From the NCBI GenBank assembly GCA_027604505.1, contig JADIIX010000033.1:124001-179169 (forward strand): DNA of 55,169 nucleotides, in the 5' to 3' direction. This stretch comes from Gonapodya sp. JEL0774 (Eukaryota). How positions within the stretch are numbered: the first letter of the stretch is position 1; each line of letters opens with the position of its first letter. Position numbers and translations under genes: made by a program. Below, piece by piece: positions 1 to 11,490 of the stretch. The notes below the pieces were generated by a model. It was not told the DNA's origin. It ran no database searches and saw only the letters and a program-made list of their open reading frames with translations.

Positions 1-53
1 ACTCCGAAATGTTTGTGAATCGTTATTTGAATTTGTTGCGAATTACTTACATC

Positions 54-417
54 TCATGAACGTCCCCGCAGAAAAAGAACTTTCTCTATGCTGCTGTTGG
101 AGCACTCGATCGCGCTCCAGTCACAATCTCTCCGTATAATGAAAATTGAGACAGTCACGCCTATTCTCACCAAGGTGTGTATCTCGAAGCTTTCCTGGCC
201 ATTCGCCTGTGTTCCATTGCGACTGCGGCTATGATTAGACTGTATCATGCACCACTCTCAGACTCACCGCTTTGACGGAGTCGATGATGATCATGATCAC
301 CTTATTAGCTCTATATGATGCCACATGTCGGAATGGCCCGTCGGATGGGATTTGCGACTTCACTTGTTTGTCATTGGTATTGACCAGTTTCTCTCTATCC
401 TCGCTGCACAGGCCCAT
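54..417 (-). CDS. Possible first exon(s) of an unidentified gene running off the left edge, divergent from OLA1
   Basis: ATG at 417 opens MGLCSEDREK...DSVKA, followed by a GTGAGT donor (~267) and a second donor-like GTGAGA (~169). No recognisable domain. Confidence 0.25.
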
Positions 418-824
418 TTTCGTTCAGGTTTGGTATATTTATGATAGTTTTGCGTTGTTTATTCGCAGCCGATGAATAGATGAGAGTTGCTGTTTCTTCA
501 AATGGCATCAAGTCACGTTCTGCAAATCCATAAACGCAAAATTCTATTCTTCACGTCCAGAATAGCGGAAAACAAGGAACGAGAAGGTGGGAAGCTAGCA
601 TTTGTAACAGTCAAGGGCAGGTTTCGAAATGTGGGCGAAAAGAGAAGAGTGCACTTGCCCACTGAATGACAAGAATCCCTCCTGGATTCTTCCCCACATC
701 TGCTGTCGCGCAATCTCTCTTCTGCACCGCGAATTCTCCTCGAGTTTCCATCCCCTCTGTACCCCTCTCGGGCTTCTTTCTCTTCCGAAACCTCTCCACA
801 CCCCGCGAACGCTCCAAAAGCAAA

Positions 825-2614
825 ATGCCCCCCAAAACCGCCGTTGCCGACAAACTGCTCCTCGGGCGACCCTCAAATAACCTCAAGATGGGTATTGTGG
901 GTCTCCCCAACGTGGGCAAGAGCTCCACCTTCAACGTTCTCACGAGCTCTCAAGCATCCGCGGAGAACTTCCCATTCTGTGAGCACCAATGCAAATCTTT
1001 TGACGGCGGTCGATGATCCCACGGGACGATTCATTGCGATGAGACCTTGGGTTTCGTCTGGATTGGAGTTGGTCTCACCTTCATGGTTTCTCTTGGGTTG
1101 TGACACCCCAATCCAGGCACCATCGATCCTCAGGAAGCACGGTGCCCTGTTCCTGACGCTCGTTTCGACTGGCTGTGTGATCACTACAAGCCATCGAGCA
1201 AGGTTCCGGCTTTTTTGACGGTCTTGTAAGTTGAGTGACAGATGGTGGCACATGGAGCAGAGGTGGTGGAACAAGATTGAGGTCGGATATGATGTGGAGT
1301 GTTTTCACGCAATGCGCTCAGTACTAAGCTGCGATCATTGATGGGAATGGCTAATGGGAGTCCGCGCATCACCAGTTGTGTAACTTCTGTGCACCACCGT
1401 TTCCACACATTGTACCACACACACTTCCCTGCAGTGACATTGCCGGTCTCGTGAAGGGCGCCTCGAAAGGTGAAGGTCTCGGGAACGCCTTCTTGTCTCA
1501 CGTCCGCGCTGTCGATGGCATCTTCCACGTCGTGCGGTGTTTCGACGACGAGGAGATCGTGCATGTGGACGGGGAGGTGAACCCGGTTCGTGACTTGGAG
1601 ACCATCTCGGAGGAGTTGAGGATCAAGGACGAGGAGGGGTTGGCGAAGAAGGTAGAAGAGCTTGCGGCGATCGTCAAGCGGCTTGGGAACGGTGGTTCTG
1701 CGGCGGACAAGGCCAAAAAGGAGGAATTTGAGATTTTGAAGAAGGTCCACGCTTGGGTTGCAGAGGAGAAGAAGGAAGTCCGAAAGGGAACGTGGTCCAA
1801 CAAGGAAGTGGAAGTCATCAACACTCTGTTCCTCTTGACCGCCAAACCTGTCGTGTACCTTGCCAACCTCTCTGAAAAGGACTTTTGCCGAAAAAAGAAC
1901 AAGTGGCTCGCAAAAATTAAACAGTGGATCGACACCACCAACCCTGGAGATCTTTTGATCCCTTACTCCGTGAAAGTGGAAACACGTTTGTCCGAGCTCA
2001 AGTCGCCGGAGGAGCGGACAGAGTACCTGAAGTCTCTGCAAGAGAGATACGAGATTCCCAGTCCCATCACATCTGCGATGCCGAAAATCATCGTTAGCGG
2101 TTACCAATCTCTCAACTTGATCTACTTCTTCACCGGAGGACCGGATGAGGTCAGAGCATGGACCATCAGGAAAGGGGCCAAGGCACCGCAGGCCGCTGGT
2201 ACAATGTGAGCGTTCTAGCACGCTCAGTTGCTGCACTCACGTGCTGCTCATGTTATTCATTGGTTTGTGAATCTTCTTGAAAGTCACACCGACTTTGAGA
2301 AAGGTAAGCCGCCTTTCTCGGACTTCTCTCGCGATTACACAATCTAAAGACCTAAGCTCACTCCATCCAAAAATCGCACAGGATTCATTATGGCCGAAGT
2401 AATGCGTTACGAGGACTTGCACGAACTTGGCTCGGATAACGCAGTGAAGGCTGGAGGAAAGTATGTTCAGAAGGGCAAAGAATATGTGGTTCAGGACGGA
2501 GACATTATATAGTGAGTCTGCGTATTGACGTCAGGTATTGACACATAAGTGTTGACGATCACTTCTTGCCGCAGCTTTAAATTCAACGTAACAACCCAAG
2601 CCAAGAAAAAGTAG
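825..2614 (+). CDS. OLA1: Obg-like ATPase 1 (OLA1/YchF), 6 exons
   Basis: Motifs [15 protein letters not shown] (P-loop), [80 protein letters not shown]. Exons about 825-978, 1117-1225, 1435-2205, 2284-2303 (20 nt), 2382-2511 and 2575-2614, all GT-AG. Confidence 0.96.
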
Positions 2615-2736
2615 ACTTGTACCTGCTTAATAGAATCGCCTGCAAAATACAGAAGGAACAAAACACCTTGTGCATCTCCATGCAGTTCTTTGTGACTGGA
2701 GACAGTCTTCGCTGATATTCAATCCTCCTTTCCCCT

Positions 2737-2778
2737 GCGAACACTCTAACACGCCCGCGAACACTCTAACACGCCCGC
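2737..2778. repeat. Perfect 20-bp tandem duplication (gcgaacactctaacacgccc x2)
   Basis: Read directly from the sequence; overlaps the stop codon of ORF 2766..3230(-). Confidence 0.9.
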
Positions 2779-5700
2779 TTATGTGTTACTGAGCCTCCCC
2801 TCCGGTTATCAGCCGCCAGTGTGGAACTTGGGATGGGTGGATGCGAGAAGATTTTGCGCGTCAAAGGTATGGAGATTGGGGACTGCGGCTTCGACGAATC
2901 GAATCCTACTCTCGGAGGAGCAGAAAATGGTCGACATCGTGAAGAAGTTGCAACCGTCTGTTTTGATGGTGCGGACTGTGGACGAATCGACGTGGGAGGA
3001 TGACGTGCATAAGTCTTCAGAGGCAATTGAGCCCGTTCTGCGAAGGCTTCTTCATCCCTTGCGAGAGCTACTAATGGAGCGGATAGATGCTGCAGATAGG
3101 AGGACATCCTTCCGAGAGCAGGATCAAGGGGGTCAGAGTATCGAAGCCAGGAATGCACTCGGTTGTGTGCCACCGATTCCTCCCGCTCCCGGAGGGCTGC
3201 GGAAGTCAGAAGGTGACGCTGTAAGTTCAAAGAATGGAAGTGAGGCCATGGAAAGACGTTTTAAGGGCGAAATGGGACCAAAAAACGATATTCTTACGTT
3301 GAGTGACTTCAAGCCCTCGATTACGTCAGATGATGGGGAAAAACTAAGTAATCCCAGTCGCAACATCTCCTCTCGCAACGCCATCTTGGACTCAATGCCC
3401 ACGTACGTTAGTGCTTCGATCGCCACTTGCCTATTATGCAAAATGTAGAGTTTGGGAACGAAACTCAAAGAATGACTGGAGAGGCCCTTGTACACATACC
3501 TGACAAATTCGTCCATATCACCGAGTCGCGAAATCAACGACACGATCACAGCATCTCGTGTACTACGATCACACATCGCCACTAAGCAAGCACAAGCTTG
3601 AGCTCTCACCTCAGCATCAGGGCAGTCGTACACACAGTCAAGGAGAGGATCGAGGAAGGATACCTTGTGCAGATCATGACTAAAGCCCTTGAAAACCTGG
3701 ACTATGGCTGCCATCGCGAAGCGTTTATGCGAGAAATCTTCATCTTCTCTGACCACTTTGAAAAGCCACTCGAGCAGGCTGAATAATGTCGCAGGGATTT
3801 CTTTAGGAAGAGTTCCAAATATCGTTGCTCGACCTTGAGTATCTGCGGTTGTAGCATCCGGGGAGGGGAGTGTGGTTCCGCCCACCAATGCGTCCAATAA
3901 ATGAAACACATAGTTGACCGCTTGATTTGTATTGGTGGTGACTTGGCCGCGAACAAGCACACGGGCTCTCCCTCCCCCAGCTTCCGAAGTCTCCTCCTCG
4001 TCGACAGATTTCTCTTCATTTTCAAATCTGTTCTGCGAAGTAGGTGAAGGAGGGGGCTCACGCTCTTTCGAAAACAGCATTGACGGGAGTTTCTCATGCG
4101 AAGGCCTGGGGGATAACTTCGGTGTAACGATCGGAGGCGGCAGGGGTGATACCGGAACATTGACCTCCTCCACAGGCTCAACAACAAGTTGCTCAACCAC
4201 ATCCTCTGCCGAAAGAACCAATGGCAGAGGTTTGGGGGCCGATTGTCGTCTGGCGTAAACTGCAGGAGGTTCTTTAGCTTCCAGAGTTGGGGTTATCTGT
4301 GGCTTGGAAGGAGGTGGCCTTCGCCTTACAAACAGTTTGGCCGTGTTTGCTACTGTGATTGATTGATTTTTGGGAGGCGGAGGGATAACTGGCGCTGGGG
4401 CTCTGTCCATGAACACTGAGTTCGGAACCGGTGCACCCATTCGTCGAAGAACATTGACGTGTTCCTGAATTCTAAGGCTCGTGGCTTTATTGGGTTTCGG
4501 TGCATTCCGTGGTACATTCGAATCCTTTTCGAGCTCCCACGAGGCCTCTTCGAGCACCCCGCATGTCATATCATTCTGGTTATTTTCCGGTTCTTCCAAG
4601 AGAGATGAAAGGGAAACTTGCCGATCAGTGCTCTTCATGGTGCTATTGGGAGACTGAAGCACCGGTGAGCTAATTTCTGAATCTTCAAAGTGAATGCGCG
4701 GACGTTCGTTGCCGATCTTTCCAAGTCCTACAACACGCTTGCCAGATTTTGAAGAACTAGGTGTATCCGTCAGTAGTTGCGACAGTATTTCTCGCACGTG
4801 AGGCGAAAGATGCTTCCTCCCACTCCTATAGTTACCGGAGAATTCGTCCACGACAACATTATCGGGCAAAACACCAAGGGAACGATTAGCTCACAGTTCA
4901 TTAGGAGACGACGATTGTTCGCGCTTGTTGTCTCCTCGTATGGTTTTCCGTCTCTCCCATTTCCGAGCAGCCTTTTTGGCGAAGACCAAACCCCACAGAT
5001 CAGTTTTCTCCTCAAACGCAATGGGGTCTTCGAGGAGATCATCGACGTTTTCATCGAATTTTTGGACTGCGGTTTGAAGATAACGGGCAGGCATGTAATC
5101 TTGAATCATTATGAGACTGATCGAATCAGACAGCCCAACCAGAAGGTCGCCACGCTCATTTGCAAACGCGATGGACAGAACTGCTTCAGGAAACTGGATT
5201 TCCTTGACAATTGTGCCCTCTGCGTCCCAAATCTTTACGAATCCATCGACATGTGACGATGCATAAATCGATAGAGTGCGCAAGTGGACAATAGATGTCA
5301 CCGATCGTGCAGCGTCATCATTACCCTTTTCAAGAATCTCGGCGTGTTGCTTGAGATTTATAACACGAATTCCGGACCATGGCATAACTGCCGTGAGGCT
5401 CGGGGAAGTACTTCCTTGCACCGAAGTTGCCACCAAGCACAGCGGCTGGAGAATCTGGGAGTTACAAGAGACTACGGATTGCAGAACGAGCCTGAACGGT
5501 GGGCCCTTCTCTGCATTTCGTCCATCGAAAGACATTCTCTCTCGCTTTCCTTTTGGGGTTTTGGTTGATTCCGCAGTATCCGTTTTCACGAGCCAGACTT
5601 TGATTGCTTTGTCCCTAGTGCCATCACCTGTCGAAACCAAAGATTGCGAGTCTCTGTCGAAGTGAAGGCTCGTGACAGGACTCGTATGAGCTTGTGCCAG

Positions 5701-8289
5701 AGGGGTTTGCTCGCCCGATTCAAAAAGGATAATTTGCCCGATTTCCGTGCCGGCGACCAGTTGAAAGCGATCACTAGATTCGCCGAACAAGCGCCAAACA
5801 ACGCCAAGCAAGCAAAGCAAACGATGACGCCGCAGAGCCTTTTTTTCGTCGTCGACTTCAATCCACTCCCAAGTATTTTGGACCGTACATGGATTGTTGG
5901 ACAGATCGTAGGAAACGACATCTCCATTCCCTGCCAAGATGTAGGCCATGCTCTCGGAGCGGGTAGCATCGATGACAAGTCCCCGCGGCGGCAAACCCGT
6001 GGTTCTCCCAGTAGGAAACGCGACGCATATTGTCGCAGCGGTTGCTGGAGAGAGGAATCTCATGGAGCCATCCATACATCCCACCGCGATACGTGCGTAG
6101 TGCCAGGGTGTAGCTGGCAGTCGTTGGAGGAAGACGACCGGAGATCTACGGACGGGCTGCTGAGTACGGCTTGGGTATCCTCACTTGAAAAACGGGATGC
6201 AATTGTCCCACCGTACGGTAGCAAACGTCCTGCTATATCGATTAACATTCCACACCACGATGTTTTGCTCACTGACGTGGTAGAAATGATCCTTACGCAT
6301 TAGTCCGATCCGGGTAATCGGTTCTCCGACATCCAATCTGCAAAATACATTGATCACTTAGCTCCTCACGGTCCACGAAAAGCATCGAGCTTCAGAGAGT
6401 ACTCGCCTATACTGTCCTTGCAAAGTTTCGAGGTTCCATACGCGCAAGGTGCCATCGAGGGAAGAGGATATCAGTAGAGGTAGCGATTCTACGTAAACAT
6501 TTTGTTCGTTCGACTTCGAGTGGGCGGTGGACGGCTTCTTGAGGCCGACAATTCGGTTCATCAGGACGAGGCCCGTGACCGCTCGACTGTGGTCCACGAA
6601 TTCTTGCATCAAACAATGCTGAGAGTTGTAGACCTTGACTTTGACCAGTGAAAATTATTGCAAGGAGTCCCAGAGAGTGCAGAGCAGCGATTACGAGGGC
6701 TCACTCTTTCCGTTTTTGCCACCGACGACGAGCAAGCCTCCAGCCAAAGATCCACCACCTCCTACGGCAACGTACCATTCCAAAGCGGTCACTCGAGCAT
6801 CTAGAACATTGGGCCATACGTCGACAATGAGTGCGCTTTTGTAGTCGACCATGTAGATACTCCTTTCAGCTCCGACGATGATCAGGGAAGGGTTTTCGAT
6901 GTAGATAGCGGTATTCGCCCAGTTTCCAACGTCTGGGAGATAGCACGTTCGAAGAAGCTTAAGAGTGAAGATATCGGCGAGATCGGCGGCTCTGTAGAGG
7001 TAAGAAGAAACCCATTTTTCATTTTAAAGGTTGGTCGGTGCAGGAAACAAAACAAATGAGCGATACTGACACCTCTTCCGGGAGGACTTGGAAGATCTTT
7101 ATCGCTCCAACTCCCGAAGCTATTATCTCGTCTTGTCCAACACTTATCAAACTGAATGTAGAGCAATTAATGACATTGCCATACCACATGTATTTCGTGG
7201 GACCCCGACTTACTGAAGGATGGGACTCCCGCAGTTCACCTTGCCTACCGTATCCATTCTGGAATTGAAGATTCGCAACTCCGGCTGCTGGTGCACTGTC
7301 GCGACATACAGTTTGTACCGTTCAACGTACACCCAACTCGTTACGCGTCGAAAGCATTCGTAAGGGTACGCCAGCTCTGAAATGACACGGTTCGACATCA
7401 TGTTATCCTTTTGAACGTGAGTCTGCATAGTCTCCGTGCCCAGTGGTAATTTCCAGACCCGTTCAGTTGCGCGGAAAAACTGAAGTGCGGTCTTGTCTAA
7501 GCTGACGAAATCCCACTGTGCGAAGTGAGGAACGTAGCTGGCGAAGATGAGATCAGGGCGATAGTGCCGAAGCTATCGATAAACGAATGTGAGAAGGTTT
7601 AGAGGGTCTGCCTTCACATTGGTGCGGATTCGAAAGTGCGGGCAGTTACAACTCACAGTCCTCACAAGCTGAAATCCGTGAGGAATCGTCAAAGCAGAAT
7701 TAAATGATGCAAAAGTTTGTGTGTTTGCCGACGTGAACTGCCTTCCCACGGTGGTGGAGAGGGCAGAAGCAGTCACGAACGGGACATCCTCCTCATCCTT
7801 GTGCACTTCAAGAGACTTCTTAATCAAATCCTCCCGGACATCCTTCCACGGCGGTATGACCAACGTTGGGGGCAATCCCTCCTCGACAAGTGGCATCCAC
7901 CTCGTGCCCGTATGCCTTCGGATCATTTGCGCGCTCACACGGCTCGCACTGCGACCTTTGGCGGTCACATTCGGGGCAAAGGATGGCTTGCGCTTGTCCT
8001 GGGACGTGCGAGAACCACGGGTGGGGGACGGTGATGCGGATGGGAGTATTGTCGGTGTGACTGACGCGTCAGATCTGGAACGAGGGTGGGTACCATTGAT
8101 CGGTGAGGCCGAATACGCGGAATTTTCAGGGATCGCATCGGTTTCGACGGTGTGAAGTTCGTGGAAGACGGAAGTTCGCGTTCTCATGGAACTCGTGCGG
8201 GATCGGGGGTTACTACCCGCGGGAAGTGAGGATGTCCGACTGTCGTTAGGGGATGGGAGGGGCAGCAACGACACGTCCAGTGACATCAT
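2766..8289 (-). CDS. Large multi-exon WD40-repeat protein with C-terminal HEAT-like repeats (WDR97/WDR87-like, tentative)
   Basis: Collinear ORFs 7573-8289, 6358-6612, 4891-6084, 3133-4869 and 2766-3230. WD motifs HSRAVTGL..LISSSLDGTLRVWN, AHTSPVTSLHF..DKAIKVW, YASSHVDGFVKIWD. HEAT-like DAEVRAQACACL..LISRLGDMDEFVR. The family assignment is from recall of architecture only. Confidence 0.75.
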
Positions 8290-8463
8290 GATGAGAAATT
8301 AATAATAAGGCCTGTTGATGCACTGTATTATTCAACCTGGGAAGGCCGAAGGTTTACCATTTGGCATATGAGGCACGAAGGCCACTATGTAGGAAGCGGA
8401 GGAAGCCAAGCCAAACCAGTAACGCCGCACTAAGTACTCTCACCACCATAATCTTCTGCGCAG

Positions 8464-11239
8464 ATGCGAGCGACACCACACGCTATCGTTTTACGCACTC
8501 TAACTCTAGTTGCCCTGCTGTCTTTGCTGGATCTGACCGGTTCGTTCTGGCTGGGCATCTTTTGACCTCTTCCTCAATATCAATCCAATATCAAACTTCC
8601 AGATGTTGCTCTTGCACAGAATTCCACAACACAGGCGCATGGTGATGCGTGTGGAAGTAATTTTGGAACAACGTTGCAGTGTCTGCCTCAGTATCAATGG
8701 TAATCGTCTTTGAACTGAATAGTCTCTGAAGTCGTGGTGATGCTCACCTCCTCCTTCATTCTATAAGTGTGTATCCAACAACCTGCCCGTTTGGCCATTG
8801 TATAAGTGAGTGTCATTATCGTGACGATTCGGGAAAATCGCATCACAAATGTTCATGCTTTCTGCATTTTCATTGCCTAGCTGGAACATGCTGCAACGCT
8901 GATGAGACGGTAGGACTGCATCGTTCCTTATTTTGATCTTTATGCACCTGATTTTCTGCCTCGACTCTGCTTTCTCGTCTGTCAGGGTTGCCCCGGGGGC
9001 GCGACCGGTTGTTGCGGAGGTTCAACTACAGCTGTCCCCCCCCCACCTCCACGGTTGTGTTCAGCAGCGTTGTGGTCTTTGTTTCCATTCAAGAGCTGAC
9101 TCTGCCTTCAACCATTCAATGTTCACGCTTCGTTTTGGTCAATCCCACCGACCTTTTCGCACATGAACGTCTCGATCCCTCTCAGCAACAACTACAAAAC
9201 CGCCAACCCCGCGTGAGTGAATTTTACGAGCCTGCACTCCTACTCTCCAGTACTTCATAATGAAGATTTGTTTTTGCTCCCAGCCCCACCTCCTCCAACC
9301 CTAGCACCCCCGCCCCCAACCCTGGCACCCCCACGTAGGTAGTTCTGCGTTGAAATTGACACGAAGCTCCCACGCCCTTCATCTATCGTCTCCGCTTACT
9401 TAATAATACATCGAGGTAGCGCCACCACCAACGTTTGCGCCACCACCACCGCCGGCCAGTAAGTTCCCTCCCGTCCATTTCTCGTACCCATATGTGTTCA
9501 CGAAGATCCGTTGAGCAGCCACTGCACCAACCCCGCCTCCACCGCCTCGTAAGCCATCTGGTCGGTTGTAATGGGCTTCCGCGGCGATTTCACTCACACG
9601 TTTTCGCGAACAACCCACACAGCCTCGTCCATCACTCCTGGTGAATCAACGACCATGTCCGACGCACTCACCGGGGTGACTGCCGTTATGTCCTCCTCTG
9701 CGGTCGCATACACAAACACGTTGCTCTCGCCCTCTTCTTCCCTCTCGACGAGCGCTAGCACTGCGTCAACAATCGGAACGTCCACGGGCGGAACCGCAAC
9801 GACCACTATGGATGCAGGGACTGGATTGAATCTTAACACGAACGGAACGGGCAAGTGAGCTGCGCCGAACAAGCAACCAATCCACTGTTGTGCGTACCGA
9901 AGTGTGCTCCTTCCTCCAGCAGCGGCCCCAATATCGGTCTTATAGCTGGGATTGCGGCAGGTGGTGTCGTGGTGATTGTGGGGGTTTTGCTGCTAGCGGT
10001 GAAACTTGTGAAGGGGAAGGACGGGTCAAAGGGTGCAAGGTTGGAACGGGACGCAAACTCAGCGGCATCCCGGTCAGTTGGTGCAGTCAGACCACCTGGG
10101 ACGGGCAGGTAAGTTTGTCACCGAAGGCTTGCAGAAAAGAGGATTTTGATCCAATTCGTTGACACGGTCGGATTGTCGTCCACAACAGCGACTGGTCCGC
10201 CAGCACCAAGCAAAATAGCTCGTATGTTTTGTTCTCACTTTCGTGCTCTCAAATACACTGCCAACACTTTGCGTATCGTTGCCATTCCTCCTTCCCTTGT
10301 TGTGAACAGCCCAGGCGCCTCACTCACCAAACCGCTACTTGCTCCCACAACCAGTTCCGCAATCAGAATGGAGAGTCGCTCTGGCCCGGCGGCACCGTCG
10401 GGAGCGGTGTACCAACCACACGTAAGTATTTGTGTTTTGTGCTGGGTGCGGTAAACCATGTGTGCTGATTGGATTTCGAAACTGCCTCGTGCCACGAAAA
10501 TGAAGTGGTTCTTCGTAAGGTACGTTGCAGTAAAAAAAGCTACATCGTACGCAGTCAGACACCTTAGTTCCTCCCTCGTGGTTCAGAGTTGCAGGGCCGC
10601 AGGGCCTCATGGAGGAACCCAACGTAGCCTACAATGGGCCCCCCATCATCGCTACCAACCAGGTAAGTTCGACGCGATGCTGGTGGTGGTGACCTCTTTG
10701 GTTGATTTCCAATCGACGCACTCTCCCTCACTCACAAGCACTCCCCCTCGTCGGAGGACGAGATTGCGTTGTTTCCCGTGAGCTTAAGCAGTTGCTGCAC
10801 GTCGGGAAGACATCGAACTGATTCTTGCTAACATCTGGTACTAGGGAAACTTTGTTGACCTCAAGCGTCTGTTCCGAGATGGCTGGGGTGTTGGTCAAAA
10901 CGTGATTTTTCGGCTCCTTTTGGCACCACCGTCGTTTGCTTATGACAAACTTCTCCCATTTGTTCACAGCTTGACACTGGAGCCTACGGGGTCTTCCCAC
11001 TCGACTGCCTACGCCTTGCTGACTATCTCCCATCGTCTCCTTCTGGCTCAGGTTCCATCCGCTTCGAGTCGCGACACTCAAATGTCACGTCGCAAGTGTT
11101 GTCGGAAAGGAAAGAGTATGTGGCGGAGAGCTTGAGGGCGAGGACATTATATGGGGATGGAGGAAGTGGTGGTTTGGGATACGGATCAGGAGGAAGCGGT
11201 CGAAGTGTTGGTGGTGAGAGTGCGCAGTGGAGGCAATGA
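8464..11239 (+). CDS. Receptor-like type I membrane protein, paralog A: signal peptide, one 10-Cys module, Pro/Ser/Thr stalk, TM helix, cytosolic SH3
   Basis: Spliced N-terminus MRATPHAIVLRTLTLVALLSLLDLTDVALA|QNSTTQAHGDACGSNFGTTLQCLPQYQCVYPTTCPFGHCITGTCCNADETGCPGGATGCCGG. TM NIGLIAGIAAGGVVVIVGVLLLAVKLVKGK (~9930-10020). SH3 assembled from 4 small exons: IIATNQ|HSPSSEDEIALFP|GNFVDLKRLFRDGWGVGQN|LDTGAYGVFPLDCL. Stop TGA at 11237-11239. Middle exons uncertain. Confidence 0.8.
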
Positions 11240-11490
11240 CGTGTTCAAAATTTATCGCGAGGAGATCTGGCAGCTGTTGGTTTCAGCATTGCGTGTGTGT
11301 AATTCAAACTGTATTGCACTTCCTTTCAATCTTGATTTACTCATACTAGGGACAAAATGCACACTATTACCGTAGTCATTAATGATTTCACGAGACAAAA
11401 TGTCACCCATGCCCTTGTTATGTTGCGTATCACCTGCTGAGTGTGCTGAATGGTCCGACCCTTCGGGCCCTTTTTGGCATCCTTTCGCCG

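Noticed and set aside
5644..6303. 219-aa plus-strand ORF, and likewise 2783-3448(+) and 23654-24271(-)
   Set aside because: They lie antisense to well-supported genes and show no motifs.
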